From contig CBDCWP010000044.1 of the NCBI GenBank assembly GCA_965223505.1, forward strand, positions 224,001 to 288,000: a stretch of DNA of 64,000 bases. The letters run 5' to 3'. The translations under genes and the position numbers were made by a program. Under the pieces are notes generated by a model. It was not told the origin of the DNA, did not search any database, and worked only from the letters and a program-made list of their open reading frames with translations. This document shows, piece by piece, positions 37,651 to 48,317 of this stretch. Each line of letters begins with the position of its first letter. The first letter of the stretch is position 1. This DNA is from Planctomycetota bacterium (lineage in GTDB: Bacteria > Planctomycetota > PLA2 > JAEUHO01).

Positions 37651-39270
37651 ATGCGTAAGGTCGTCCTCGCCTTGCTCCTCGGCGGCACGACCACTCTGCT
37701 CGGGACCCCGTCGTGCGGCAGGTCCGTCCCGAGCTTGTTGTCCATCGATCCTCCTGAGGGCTATCCGCGCCAGATGCTGAGCGTGACGGGTGGACATCGC
37801 GGTACGACGCTCATCTGGGACGTTGATCTGGAATCCGAGCATGAGATCGTCGCACAGGCGCCGGACTCGCGCTATTTCCAGATTCCGCGTACGGCCGGAC
37901 CCGGCACCCACCGCGTAGCGATCCGCGACGCCAGCGGAACGTCGAATGCGCTGGACGTGACGGTCTTGGAGCGGCCCGAGGGCTTTCCCACGCCTCGCAT
38001 CGAAGACGTCGGCGTGTTCGAGGTTGCGAGCGAGAACGTCGAGGCGAACACGGCGGATGTGCTTCTCACGGTCTCCGCCGCGAATCTGGACATCGACGCC
38101 GAGATGATCATCAACGGCAAACCCGTACCAACCGTCTTTTGGAGCGGCCTTCCGATCGATCACATGCAGTCGGAGAGGCCGGGTGCCTACGCCTATCCGA
38201 TCTACCACTACGGCCAACTGCTCGGTGTGTTGGAGGATGTCCCCTGGGGAACGACGTTCGAGGTATCGGTTCGCAACGACGACGATGGCCCGTTCGACAC
38301 CAGGCCGTACACCCTGCCCTCTTCGGCGGTGCTGCTCGACAGCGACGGCGATGGGATCACGGACGTGGCCGAGAAGCGTGGGTTCCGACCGCCGGGCGGC
38401 GGCGGTGTGATCGACATCGCCGCAATGGGGTGCACGCACCTGCGAAAGGACATTCTCGTCGAAGCCGATTGGATCAGGGCGGCGAAGCCCGACAACTCGA
38501 TCTGGGCCACAATTCAAGCGGTGTTCGCGAATGCGCCCGTCCTCAATCCCGACGGATCTCGAGGCATCGATGTCATCATCGACCGCGGTCAGGGTGGAGC
38601 CTTCCAGGACGGCGGAGACGAGTTGGCCGACCACGCGATCATCGACTTCGAGCTCACGTTGCCGGGCGTGAAGAACTATGTGAGCTTCTACACCTACAAG
38701 AACGCCAGCTTCGATCGAGACCGGCTGAGAATCTTCCACTACTGCGTCTTTGGACGGGCTCGTCCGGGGAACCACTCGGGACGGGGTGAGATCTGGGGCA
38801 ACGACTTCATCGTCTCGTTCTCGGACTGGAAAGAGTGGTCCAGCCCACTTGCCCAGGTCGGGACGTTCGTTCACGAGCTCGGACACAATCTCGGCCTGCG
38901 TCATGGTGGGATCGACAACGGCGCACCCGACATGGACGAAGTGTACAAGCCGAACATGGCGTCCACGATGAACTATCGTTGGCAGTTCGGAGGAGTCTCG
39001 AACGACTGCGACTGGAGCTCGGAGGGGTTTCATACGTTCAGCTCGGGTGTGTACCGCGTCATCGATGAACGAAAGGTGTACGAGAAGCAGGGCATCTGCG
39101 GTTCATTCGCCCTGGACATGAACGAGGACGGCAAGATCTCCAATGGCGTCGGCATCAACACGAATGTCGATGGCGACAATGACAAGACGGATCGCCATGT
39201 GGACTACAACCAGTGGGGCAACTTGCTGCTCGACTTCGATGCCGCCGGCTCCCGTTGGGGTAGCAACTGA
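37651..39270 (+). CDS. Exported zinc metallopeptidase (metzincin-like)
   Basis: HELGHNLGLRH and STMNY Met-turn; DSDGDG Ca-binding motif; signal peptide. Confidence 0.85.
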   Translation: MRKVVLALLLGGTTTLLGTPSCGRSVPSLLSIDPPEGYPRQMLSVTGGHRGTTLIWDVDLESEHEIVAQAPDSRYFQIPRTAGPGTHRVAIRDASGTSNALDVTVLERPEGFPTPRIEDVGVFEVASENVEANTADVLLTVSAANLDIDAEMIINGKPVPTVFWSGLPIDHMQSERPGAYAYPIYHYGQLLGVLEDVPWGTTFEVSVRNDDDGPFDTRPYTLPSSAVLLDSDGDGITDVAEKRGFRPPGGGGVIDIAAMGCTHLRKDILVEADWIRAAKPDNSIWATIQAVFANAPVLNPDGSRGIDVIIDRGQGGAFQDGGDELADHAIIDFELTLPGVKNYVSFYTYKNASFDRDRLRIFHYCVFGRARPGNHSGRGEIWGNDFIVSFSDWKEWSSPLAQVGTFVHELGHNLGLRHGGIDNGAPDMDEVYKPNMASTMNYRWQFGGVSNDCDWSSEGFHTFSSGVYRVIDERKVYEKQGICGSFALDMNEDGKISNGVGINTNVDGDNDKTDRHVDYNQWGNLLLDFDAAGSRWGSN

Positions 39271-39282
39271 GAGGAGATCCAG

Positions 39283-40026
39283 ATGCGCGGTTCGATCGTT
39301 CTGTGTCTCGCGCTCTCATGCGCGGCCTGCGGAGATGAAGAGGAATCGCCCAAGCCGCGTCATCCGGCACTGTCCGGTCTTTCCCCACCTCCGGTGAACG
39401 CACCACTGCAGCCCCCTCGGGGACAGGCGGCGCAACAGCCTCGCGCGAGCCTTCCGCCCGGCGAGCACCCCGCGGAGCTCGCGCTTCGGGACGACGTTCC
39501 CGTGACGGGTACGGTGCAGTTGGAGGGAACCGCCGACCTGTCGCCCGGGTCCATCGTCGTGACGCCGGATCAGGGCAGCCCACTCGAACTTCTCTACCGC
39601 CTCCCGAAGAACATGCTCTCTCCCTCCCTGGTTCCCGAGCGCGTGACGGCGACGATCAGCGAGAAAGGCGGACCGCACGGCGCGGATCGCCTCTTCGTCC
39701 TCATGGGGGACGGGCAGCTGACCTACGCGACGGCGTGGCGGTCTGCAGGCGAGCCCGTGGTCGTCACACTGACGGGGTCCGTCAGGCTCGAACAGCGACA
39801 GGCGGAGAGGGCTACGGCCGGTGGCTATTCGCTGGCGCGGCTCTTCGTCATGGACGGAGACCGAGAGGCTGCAGAAGTGCCGATCGGAGAGCCAACGCGT
39901 GTGAAGACGACAGCCGGCTCTTTGGCCGTGTACGCGCAGATGAGTCACCGGCACTTCGTCGCGGAGGAACGGAGTGACGCCGGGGACCAATACATCCTTC
40001 GCGCGTGGGTGACCGGGCAGAAGTAG
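39283..40026 (+). CDS. Hypothetical lipoprotein
   Basis: GAGGAG RBS, CAAC lipobox, Pro-rich linker. Confidence 0.7.
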   Translation: MRGSIVLCLALSCAACGDEEESPKPRHPALSGLSPPPVNAPLQPPRGQAAQQPRASLPPGEHPAELALRDDVPVTGTVQLEGTADLSPGSIVVTPDQGSPLELLYRLPKNMLSPSLVPERVTATISEKGGPHGADRLFVLMGDGQLTYATAWRSAGEPVVVTLTGSVRLEQRQAERATAGGYSLARLFVMDGDREAAEVPIGEPTRVKTTAGSLAVYAQMSHRHFVAEERSDAGDQYILRAWVTGQK

Positions 40027-40079
40027 CCGTTCGGACCCATCATACGGTACCGGGGTTTTTTCGACGGCCACACAGCGCC

Positions 40080-41186
40080 TCAGCGTCCGATCGCTCGGTA
40101 GAAGCGCACCATCGCCTCGACCTTCTCGGGCTCCTTGCGAAGCGCATTCCAACGAAACACCATCGCGCCCGTCGCGGGCAATCGCGTACCGTGATCGAGC
40201 ACGGTCTCGATCTGTTCGACGGGCACGGCCTCGCCCCAGTCGCTGATCTGGACGATCGGCCAGATCTTCACACGCTCCTCCGGGCGACCGCGAAGACCGA
40301 GGTGCTCGCCCAACCACGCCGTCTGTTTCGAGATCCACGCGGGGTCGTCCGCATGCCCGAAGCGCGCGTGGTACGGCATCGGGCTGAACACGTCGACGTA
40401 GGGCTTCTGTCCGCGCAGGTCGATCGCCAGCTTCGCTTCGAGCGCGCCGTCGTGATCCTCGGTGCTCCACGGACAATGAAACGTGCCCAGCAGCGCGTTC
40501 GGTCGGGTCTCGTCGCGTACGTCGCGAAATGCTCGCACCCAGTCCGTGAACACGCCGCAGCGCCAGCGGATCCACGCCTTGCGCTGTGCACCGTCCTTCT
40601 TCGCCAGGAACGACGCCATCGCGGCGGGCGAGTCCGCGCCCTCGGTGCCGGTGTCCTTCCGAAACTGGGCGAGGCAGCGTGCGCAGAAGCACGTGTCGGG
40701 TAGCGCAGGTTCGGCACGTTCCCAGCTCGAGTGCGCGTGGTGGTAGTCGAGCCATACGCCGTCGAGCGGGTGTGTCGAGAGCAGCTCGCGAAACGCGTTC
40801 ATCCGCCACTCGCGATAGGCGGCGTGGGTGGGGCAGATCCCCTGCCAGCCATGCGGCGCCGGCGCGCGCTTCCCGTCCAATGCCACCGGCGCGGCGTCGG
40901 GATGTTCTTTGAGGTACTCGGCGCGGTGAAGGGTGTTGAACTCCGCGAAGACGCGCGCGCCCTGCGCCTTGAGGGCGGCAACGCGTTCCTTCGTGAAGCC
41001 GCGCTCGCCGATCCAGACCGCGTTCACGCCCGACCCCGAGAGCGTGCGTCCGTTCTCCATCAACATCTTGGGCACGCCGCCGTAGATGCCGCGCACCTGG
41101 ACGTGCTTGCGCGCCGGCGGCCTCTCGTCGCCTACGACGGTGCCGGCGAGCAGAAGTAGAAAGGCAAGCGACAGGTGGGCGCGCAC
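40080..41186 (-). CDS. Exported glycoside hydrolase-like TIM barrel (GHL10/DUF187-like)
   Basis: ICPT...YR, LDGVWLDY, CFC.RC...F and VDVFSPMPY. Confidence 0.75.
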   Translation of the reverse strand: MRAHLSLAFLLLLAGTVVGDERPPARKHVQVRGIYGGVPKMLMENGRTLSGSGVNAVWIGERGFTKERVAALKAQGARVFAEFNTLHRAEYLKEHPDAAPVALDGKRAPAPHGWQGICPTHAAYREWRMNAFRELLSTHPLDGVWLDYHHAHSSWERAEPALPDTCFCARCLAQFRKDTGTEGADSPAAMASFLAKKDGAQRKAWIRWRCGVFTDWVRAFRDVRDETRPNALLGTFHCPWSTEDHDGALEAKLAIDLRGQKPYVDVFSPMPYHARFGHADDPAWISKQTAWLGEHLGLRGRPEERVKIWPIVQISDWGEAVPVEQIETVLDHGTRLPATGAMVFRWNALRKEPEKVEAMVRFYRAIGR

Positions 41187-41274
41187 GTCCCCGTGATACA
41201 CGGCTCGCGGTCATCAATCCACTCACCGGCGGGTCCGGGACAACTCGGCGTCCCAGCAGGCGGTGCTCTCCGCG

Positions 41275-42492
41275 TCAGCGGCTCGACAACACCTCTGCGA
41301 CCCTCCCTGCCTGCTCGCGCTCAGGCCCCGTGACCAGCGCGTTGTTCGCGAAGTCGCGGACCGCGCTCAGTTGCTCCCGGGACCCGAGCTTCTCCAGAAT
41401 CTCGAGCAGTCCGCGCCGTACATGAGGAGATGTGCTGGCCGCCAGTGCCTTCGCGGCTTGTTCTGCCGCGAACGGCCGATCTTCGGGCAACGTGTTTCGC
41501 ACGACGCGTCCGGTCAGCAACCCGCCGTCGTGATTTCCCTGGGGGCTTCCGAGAGTCTCGAAGACGACCTCGATGATCGGACGGTGCATCGGCTTCATCT
41601 GCCCCAGAATGTGGAACCACAGTCCGACGCTCCGCCCGGTCTTCTGGTGACGGCGCCAGGCATCTGCGACGGCTTCGTGCACTTCGAGAGTGGCGGGTCG
41701 TCCGCGCAGGTAGTTCGCGGCGTCTCGCGCTCGATCAACGTTTTCGTCACGAATCAGCTCCTCGAAGAGCGCGGCAAGCTCGCCTTCGATCCTGCCACCG
41801 GTTGCGAACATCGCCGCGCCGGCGAGTCCCAACTCGGCCTGGGAGTCCTCTCGTGCGAGCTCGATGTAACGAGGCACGTCGCGGTCTGCGTCGGAAGCCA
41901 TGCTGTTGAGCGCGTACGCCGCGGACACCCGCATTCCTCCGACGCTCGACTCCAGGTGCCGGACCAGCAGCGGTCGCCAGGTTTGAGCGTCCGTATCCAC
42001 GTTTCGCAGTTGCGGCAGCACGCGCAACGCCGCCCAGACGGTGGCCTGGTCGTTCGAGCCAAGCATCGCAACCAGGTCGCGGATTCCCTCTTCGCGTTCG
42101 GACGCATCAGCGATTTGAAGAACCTTGCTCTGTGCGGCTTGCGCACGACGCACGGCATCTTGCGTCGGCGACGGGTTCTGCGGGCGGACGCCGGGCCGCG
42201 GTACGAGCTTGGGCCGGGGTCTTGGCGTTGCCGCGCGTGAGTCATTCGGCCTACTCGTGGGTCTCGAACTTCCGCGTTCCGGCGCGCGCCCAAGCAACGG
42301 GGTCGCATTGCGCTTGCGATTGTCGTTCGCACGCCGCTCGCCCAGCGCCTCGAGCTTCCTCTCGATGTGGATCAGACGGTCGGCCAGAGCCGTCGTCGTG
42401 CGAAGCTGCTCGTCCCGCCGTTCGAGAAGCTGCCAGGCGACGTACCCGTTGACCAGCACTGCACAACCCATTATCGCGACCACGATCCTCAT
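41275..42492 (-). CDS. Membrane-anchored HEAT-repeat protein
   Basis: N-terminal TM, coiled coil, Pro-rich linker, HEAT-like helices. Confidence 0.7.
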   Translation of the reverse strand: MRIVVAIMGCAVLVNGYVAWQLLERRDEQLRTTTALADRLIHIERKLEALGERRANDNRKRNATPLLGRAPERGSSRPTSRPNDSRAATPRPRPKLVPRPGVRPQNPSPTQDAVRRAQAAQSKVLQIADASEREEGIRDLVAMLGSNDQATVWAALRVLPQLRNVDTDAQTWRPLLVRHLESSVGGMRVSAAYALNSMASDADRDVPRYIELAREDSQAELGLAGAAMFATGGRIEGELAALFEELIRDENVDRARDAANYLRGRPATLEVHEAVADAWRRHQKTGRSVGLWFHILGQMKPMHRPIIEVVFETLGSPQGNHDGGLLTGRVVRNTLPEDRPFAAEQAAKALAASTSPHVRRGLLEILEKLGSREQLSAVRDFANNALVTGPEREQAGRVAEVLSSR

Positions 42493-42602
42493 GGGCACCA
42501 TCCTAGCGCTTTTGGAACACTGCACCTGCCGTGGATCTTGAACTAGGATGCTCTTGGTGCGCGGGGTGAGCGCGCCCCACACGACGCGCACTGCGAGGTG
42601 TC

Positions 42603-43844
42603 ATGTCACGAGCCGTTTGGATAGTGCTCCTGCTGCTGCTCGCCACGAACGCCGCCTGGGTCGTTGCGTGGATCGGAGGAGACGAACCCGATTCGACGGA
42701 TGTCGCGGACACTGCCGTTCTCGAAGAGACGATCACGGAGCTGCAAGAGGAGCTGTCGGCGTTGCGGCGGGCAGAGCCGATCTTGATCGGATCCAACGAG
42801 GCGAGCGGCCACTCGACAGCGGCCGAGGCCGACGGCGGCACGCATCCGACGGGCGAGCGTCCTACGCCGACGGAGGAGGATCCCGCCGAGCAGGCCGAGC
42901 GCGAGGCCGAGGCGGCGAAGGTGGCCGAAGCGGACGCGGCCAGGCAGAAGGCCTACGAGGAAGCCCGCGCGGCGATCACGGCGATGTACAGCAAGGTGAT
43001 GCAGGTCGCCGACCCGGCGCTTCGGGAAGAGGGGCTGCGCGAGATCGCCGCGGCGCTTCGCGGCACCGATCCCTACCTGACCGAGTACGCCCTCAGCGCG
43101 CTCTACTCCCTTCGAAACGTCGAGTTCGAGCGGGGCGAGTTCGCCTCGTTGGCGCGCGGGCTGTTGCAGTCGGAGAACGGCGGCATCCGTCGATCCGCCC
43201 TCTACGCGTTGGCGGCGATGGACCCGGAGGGTTCCGACCCGCGCGTCGCGATCGACAGCGCGAGCGACCCCGACCCGATCGTACGCATGCACACGGCGAA
43301 GCTGCTCACGCTCTATGGCGGGTCGCGCATCGAGGGCGACGCGGCAGACGCGGTGCTCCTTCTGCTGGAGGACGATGACACGAGGGTGCAGCGCGGGACG
43401 TTGCGCGGGCTTGCGGGTGCTCAGGTCGCACCTGCGATCGAAAGCCGGCTGATCGAGCTGACGACCGATCCGTCGCGGCGGCAGGAGGCGGTGCAGTTCG
43501 GGCTGGGCCCGCTGAAGGAGAAGTCACGCGAGGTGATCGATGCGCTCTTCACGCATCTGGGCGACGAGAACGGCCGCGTTCGGCAGCACGCGCACAAGGG
43601 GCTTCAGCAGGGCGTTCCGAAGGGCGAGCAGCTCTACGTGGCGAAGCGCTACGCGGATCAGCTGGGGACGTTCGTGAATCCGAAGACGCACCGGGAGGCG
43701 TTGAAGCTGATCACGCAGTACGGGGACGCGAGCCTGAGGCCGCAGCTCGAGGCGTTCGCAGAGAACGAGCTCGTGGACGCCAAGGTGCGGGCGCTGGCGC
43801 GCAAGGCCGCGGACTATCTCGTCAACAAGAAGCCGGATCGTTAG
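42603..43844 (+). CDS. Membrane-anchored HEAT-repeat protein
   Basis: N-terminal TM; IRRSALYAL, DPDPIVR and DENGRVR repeats. Confidence 0.8.
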   Translation: MSRAVWIVLLLLLATNAAWVVAWIGGDEPDSTDVADTAVLEETITELQEELSALRRAEPILIGSNEASGHSTAAEADGGTHPTGERPTPTEEDPAEQAEREAEAAKVAEADAARQKAYEEARAAITAMYSKVMQVADPALREEGLREIAAALRGTDPYLTEYALSALYSLRNVEFERGEFASLARGLLQSENGGIRRSALYALAAMDPEGSDPRVAIDSASDPDPIVRMHTAKLLTLYGGSRIEGDAADAVLLLLEDDDTRVQRGTLRGLAGAQVAPAIESRLIELTTDPSRRQEAVQFGLGPLKEKSREVIDALFTHLGDENGRVRQHAHKGLQQGVPKGEQLYVAKRYADQLGTFVNPKTHREALKLITQYGDASLRPQLEAFAENELVDAKVRALARKAADYLVNKKPDR

Positions 43845-46087
43845 GAGGCTAGACCGACGTCGCCGAGGAGCGCGACGCCGCCTCGATCGCGGTAGACCTC
43901 GAGCGCTTCCGCGTAGGCCCGCGACGCGACGTCCACGATGGGCGCGAGACGTCCGTCCGCCCGGACCGGTTCCAGCCACGGATCGCGTCGCATGGTGTCC
44001 GCACAGCAGAATCCCTTCGCGACGATCGCCTCGAGCATCTCGAGGCCTAGCGCTTCGTCGCCGACATGGACCGCATCGCGGGCGAGGAGATACCAGCCCT
44101 CGGGATCGTGGAAGCTCGACTCGAACACCCGACGCGCCGACGTCGACGTGAGCTCCCGGTCGCCTTCCAGTGCGCCGCGCGCGGCCGCGAGGTTGGCGCG
44201 CAGGACCGGATGGTCTCCAGCGCGTGCTTCGGCCTCGCGCACCGTCGCCAGCGCCTCCTCCGTGCGTCCCAGCAATGGCAACGCGGCGTGATGGACCCAG
44301 CGCATGTCCTCGTCGTCCGCCTCGATGGCGGCCTCGTAGTCGCCCCGCATCCAGTACGTGTAGGCCACGCTGGTTCGGACGGCAGGGTCGAGTCGCCGCG
44401 CGCGGCGGTCCGCTTCGACCGAGGCGTCGAAGAGCCCACAGAACCGGCAGGCGACGACGAGGCCGGCCAGAAGATCCGGGTTCGTCGGTGCGTTGTGGGC
44501 TTGGTCGAGCAGCCGCGCCATGGCGTCCTGCGGGCGTCCGAGCTCCTCGATCTCGAAATAGGCGAAGAGGTTGTGCGCCAGCGCGAGGTCGGGCGAGAGT
44601 TCCAACGCGCGCCGGAAGGCCTCCTCGGCTCTGACGATGTCGTCGTCCTCGCCTTGTCCGTACTTCGCCATGACGCGATAGGTGCGTCCGAGCTTCGCCC
44701 ACGCGGGCGCGAACCGCGGGTCTTCCTCGAGTGCCGCGAGGTAGAGATCGCGTGCCGCGGGCAGCGTGCCGGTGTTGTAGCTCAGCTGATTTGCGCGCAG
44801 GAAGTACTCGTAGGCCTTGCCGGTCGCCGGTACGTCGATGCGTCCCTCGGCCGACGTCGTGCGCCGTGCGAGTTGCAGGGCGAGCGAGCTCGAGATTTCC
44901 GACGTGAGCTGGTCCTGCAACGCGAACACGTCTTCGAGTCCGCCCTGTCGCGTGTCCGACCAGAGGACGTCGCCCTCGGGCACCTCGACGACCCGGGCCG
45001 TCACGCGGACCTGTTCGCCCGCGCGCAAGATGGTTCCCGTCAAGACGAGCTGTACGCCGGTCTCCCGGGCGACCTCGACGGGGTCGATCTCGCCGGCCCA
45101 GCGTTCGCCTCCCGCCTTCACGACCAGCCCGTCTCGATTCGAGAGCGACGAGACCAGGGCGTCGGCGAGCCCGAGCGGGAGGAAGTCGATCTCCGCGTCG
45201 GGCCGAAGGAGGCGGAACGGGACGACGAGCAGCCTGCGCACGCGTTGGGACGATGCCTGGTCGCCCTCGTGGACCAACGGAAGCGCCGCTTGGAGCTCGG
45301 CCGACATCGCGCCCGCGGACGTAGGACGGTCGTACGGGTCCTTGGCGAGCGCGCACTGCACGACCCGATCGACGACCTCGACGCCGGGCCCTCCCGTGAG
45401 GGACGGGGACGGCTGACGCGCGATCGCGTCGTAGACGTCGAGCGCGTTCTTGCCCGGGAACGCCGGGTCGCCGCTGACCATCTCGAAGAGGATCGCGCCG
45501 ACGGAGAACAGATCGGCCGCCGGCGTCACGTCGGATTCGATCCACTGTTCGGGCGCCATGAACGCCGGTGTCCCTACGATCGTCCCGGTCTGCGTGAGGC
45601 GGTCGTCGGCGTCCTTGAAGGCGCTCTCGATCGGCAAGGCGACGCCGAAGTCGAGCAGCTTGATGCCGCGCGGCGTGAGAAACACGTTCGACGGCTTCAG
45701 GTCGCGATGGACGAAGCCGCGTGCATGCAGCGCGGCCAGGGCATCGAGGATTTCGATGGCGATCCGAATCGCCTCCGCGACGGGGACGGCGCCGCGGTCC
45801 ATGCGGTCGGAGAGAGGCTCGCCGTCGAGGCGCTCCATGGCAAGGAACAGTTGCCCGTCGTGTTCTCCGATTTCGAACACCTGGCAGATGCCCGGGTGGT
45901 TGACGGCCGCGGCCGCTCGCGCCTCGCGCCGCAGGCGCGCTCGCATCGTGTCGTCGGCGAGCTGCTTGTGGAGCGTCTTGATGGCGACGTCGCGCCCGAG
46001 GTCCTCGTCGCGGGCAGCGAACACGGACCCCATGCCGCCTTCGCCGATCTTCGCGACGATCGTGTACCGTCCGATCGACTCCTGCAC
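43841..46087 (-). CDS. Ser/Thr protein kinase with TolB-like and TPR domains
   Basis: IGEGGMG, VAIK, HRDLKPSN, DFG, GTPAFMAPE; VVPF..GLADAL; DPRFAPAWA TPRs. Confidence 0.95.
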   Translation of the reverse strand: MQESIGRYTIVAKIGEGGMGSVFAARDEDLGRDVAIKTLHKQLADDTMRARLRREARAAAAVNHPGICQVFEIGEHDGQLFLAMERLDGEPLSDRMDRGAVPVAEAIRIAIEILDALAALHARGFVHRDLKPSNVFLTPRGIKLLDFGVALPIESAFKDADDRLTQTGTIVGTPAFMAPEQWIESDVTPAADLFSVGAILFEMVSGDPAFPGKNALDVYDAIARQPSPSLTGGPGVEVVDRVVQCALAKDPYDRPTSAGAMSAELQAALPLVHEGDQASSQRVRRLLVVPFRLLRPDAEIDFLPLGLADALVSSLSNRDGLVVKAGGERWAGEIDPVEVARETGVQLVLTGTILRAGEQVRVTARVVEVPEGDVLWSDTRQGGLEDVFALQDQLTSEISSSLALQLARRTTSAEGRIDVPATGKAYEYFLRANQLSYNTGTLPAARDLYLAALEEDPRFAPAWAKLGRTYRVMAKYGQGEDDDIVRAEEAFRRALELSPDLALAHNLFAYFEIEELGRPQDAMARLLDQAHNAPTNPDLLAGLVVACRFCGLFDASVEADRRARRLDPAVRTSVAYTYWMRGDYEAAIEADDEDMRWVHHAALPLLGRTEEALATVREAEARAGDHPVLRANLAAARGALEGDRELTSTSARRVFESSFHDPEGWYLLARDAVHVGDEALGLEMLEAIVAKGFCCADTMRRDPWLEPVRADGRLAPIVDVASRAYAEALEVYRDRGGVALLGDVGLAS

Positions 46088-46240
46088 GCGCGCGCGTCCT
46101 CCCGTGTCCGCCGACGATTCGGATCGGTAGGATACGGGATGTCCGGTACCGGTTCTTTCGCGGGCCCGGGGTGCCCGGCGTCAGGACCGCTTCTTGCCCT
46201 CTCGGCTTCGGATCGACGGGGCGCGGTTCGTGCGAGGCGG

Positions 46241-46798
46241 CTAGGGGATGATCAGCAGAGAGGGGTCGCCGCCGGCGCCGCCGCCGACGCCCATGTTGTA
46301 GCGGTCACCGCTCGGGCCGCCGCGGAGGCTGAAGCTCACGTATGGTTCGGCCGCGGCGACGACCTCCTTGACGACGCTGGTGACGTCCAGGGAGATCGTG
46401 TAGACGCCACCGGGGATGTTCCACAAGTCGGCCAGCAGGGTACCGGCATCCCACTCGTCGGGACTGACGTTCCCGTCGCCCGCGAAGGGGTAGACCTCGA
46501 GGGTGCCCAGGGGCAACCCTGCATCGATGTTCACGACAGGGATCTTCAGGATCGCGGTCGAGATCGAGGCCGGGAGGTCGGTCACGGCGAAGTGCATGAC
46601 CGTACGGTCTTCGGTTCCGGCGTTGATGCTCAGGTGCGTGAGCGCGATCACGTTGACGCCGTTGTCGAAGCTCCTCAGCCCGGACGCATGCGCCGCTGCG
46701 ACCTCGACCATCGCGGATGCTGCGCCGGTGTCTCCTCCCCGTCCGCCACCGCAGCCTGCAAGGAGAACGAGGATGAACAGAGTCGTCGTGGCGCGCAT
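46241..46798 (-). CDS. Hypothetical lipoprotein
   Basis: AGGAGG RBS, LAGC lipobox, beta-rich body. Confidence 0.7.
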   Translation of the reverse strand: MRATTTLFILVLLAGCGGGRGGDTGAASAMVEVAAAHASGLRSFDNGVNVIALTHLSINAGTEDRTVMHFAVTDLPASISTAILKIPVVNIDAGLPLGTLEVYPFAGDGNVSPDEWDAGTLLADLWNIPGGVYTISLDVTSVVKEVVAAAEPYVSFSLRGGPSGDRYNMGVGGGAGGDPSLLIIP

Positions 46799-46943
46799 GG
46801 CGTTCCTCCTGTGCCGGGTCGAATCGCGGCCTTTGTTCGTGGGAGTCACGACGGGCGTTCGAATTGCGGGAGAAAATCGCCCCCCACGAGACGCCCCGTG
46901 GGGCGGTCGGCGTTCGGGACCGATGCCGGCCCTTGGCGCCCCC

Positions 46944-47199
46944 CGAGCCGAACGACGCGCGCCTCCGGGCTCGCCTGCACCAGACGATCGAGGAGTTCCT
47001 GCGCCTGCCGTGGCAGGGCGGCGCCCTGAGGGGGCTCTGCGCAGGAGGAAACGTCGTTCGTCGAGGCGGCAGTACGATGACGCCGAACGACATCGACAAC
47101 GGCCGGGTGATCGTCGTGATCGGCGTCGCGCCGGTCAAGCCGGCTGAGTTCGTCGTCTTCCGCATCGGCAAGCTCGCCGCGGCGGCGGGTGACGCGTAG
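46944..47199 (+). pseudogene. C-terminal remnant of a contractile tail sheath gene
   Basis: EPND..L, W..GAL.G, TMT..DIDNGR and GVAPVKPAEFVVFRI; the N-terminal part is absent. Confidence 0.8.
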
Positions 47200-47204
47200 G
47201 ACGC

Positions 47205-47633
47205 ATGCCCAGATCCGACCCGCTGCGAAACTTCCGATTCCGTCTCGAGATCGACGGCATCCCGCGAGCCGGATTCAGCGAAGTCACCGGCTTCGACGCG
47301 ACGCTCGAACCCAGCGAGTGCCGCGACGGGAACGAAGAGACGAACCTTCGCAAGGTCCCGGGGCCCACGAAGTACGGCAACCTGATGCTGAAGCGGGGCG
47401 TCACGAACACGTTGGATCTACGGAAGTGGTATGAGGACGCCGCTGGCGGGGACGTGCGCCGCAAGAACCTCGTCATCGTGGTGCTCGACGAGGCCGGCGC
47501 CGACGTCGCTCGCTTCGAGGTGATCGAAGCGTGGCCGTGCAAGTACGCGCCCATGGATCTGAGTGCGAAGGGCAACGACGTCTCGATCGAGACACTTGAG
47601 ATTTGCCACGAGGGTGTGAGGCGCGTCGCGTAG
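47205..47633 (+). CDS. T4 gp19-like tail tube protein (eCIS/Afp type)
   Basis: DPLRNFRFRLEIDG, GFSEVTG, KVPG..KY.N..LKRG, AWP.KY and IETLE..HEG. Confidence 0.92.
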   Translation: MPRSDPLRNFRFRLEIDGIPRAGFSEVTGFDATLEPSECRDGNEETNLRKVPGPTKYGNLMLKRGVTNTLDLRKWYEDAAGGDVRRKNLVIVVLDEAGADVARFEVIEAWPCKYAPMDLSAKGNDVSIETLEICHEGVRRVA

Positions 47634-47669
47634 TGCGCCGGGGCGTTCGGTTTCGCGGACGGGCGACGA

Positions 47670-48257
47670 CTATCCTCCCCAGTCGGTTCGCTCGCCCTTC
47701 TCGAGGTAGCGTCGAAGCGCCTTCATGAGCTTGACGTTGCTCTGCGAGAAGAACCGGAGCAGCTTGTCGAGCTCTTGCGCGTCGCCGTAGCCGATCCCGT
47801 ACGACACGATGCGCGTCTCGTTCTCGGAGAGCTCCTCGAACAGGACGACGTTCGAGAGCTTGTCCCAGTCCTTCTTCAGGATCTCGGGCCAGTTGGGGCT
47901 GACATCGGCCCGCATGGTGAGTACGCGCTCGGGCACGTAGTTGATGATGCGCAGCGTATTCGTAGCGGGGTCGCCGATCTTCGCGCCCTTGCCGTAGTGC
48001 GTGCGGATGGTGCCTCCGACGCGCAGATCGACCTCGGCCACCGGCGCGGCCCACGCCGTGAAGCCCTCGGCGGTGGTGTAGGCCTTCCACGCCTTCGCGA
48101 CGGGCGCGCGGACCACGACGTCCTGAACGAGGATGCGTTCCCCGGCGGCGGTCTTGATGACCCGGCTGCCGACGGCGCTGCGTTCCTTTTCGCCGAGCGC
48201 CGGGACGGCGAGTGCGGAAGCGACGAGACAGATGGTGAGCAGAGTGGCGGTTCGCAT
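47670..48257 (-). CDS. Exported SRPBCC/AHSA1-like domain protein
   Basis: V.AP....W.A.TT.EG...W and DLRVGG; signal peptide. Confidence 0.85.
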   Translation of the reverse strand: MRTATLLTICLVASALAVPALGEKERSAVGSRVIKTAAGERILVQDVVVRAPVAKAWKAYTTAEGFTAWAAPVAEVDLRVGGTIRTHYGKGAKIGDPATNTLRIINYVPERVLTMRADVSPNWPEILKKDWDKLSNVVLFEELSENETRIVSYGIGYGDAQELDKLLRFFSQSNVKLMKALRRYLEKGERTDWGG

Positions 48258-48317
48258 GGCGGACTCCTTGGGTGCCCAAAACCCTAGGGCCTGCGCTCGA
48301 GCCGTCTTGAAGGTTTC

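Noticed and set aside
44066..47029. Long alternative ORFs (for example 44066..47029+, 27526..30324-, 138..1718+, 39316..41226-)
   Set aside because: Shadow frames of motif-bearing genes in high-GC DNA; Arg/Ala/Gly-rich with no recognisable motifs.
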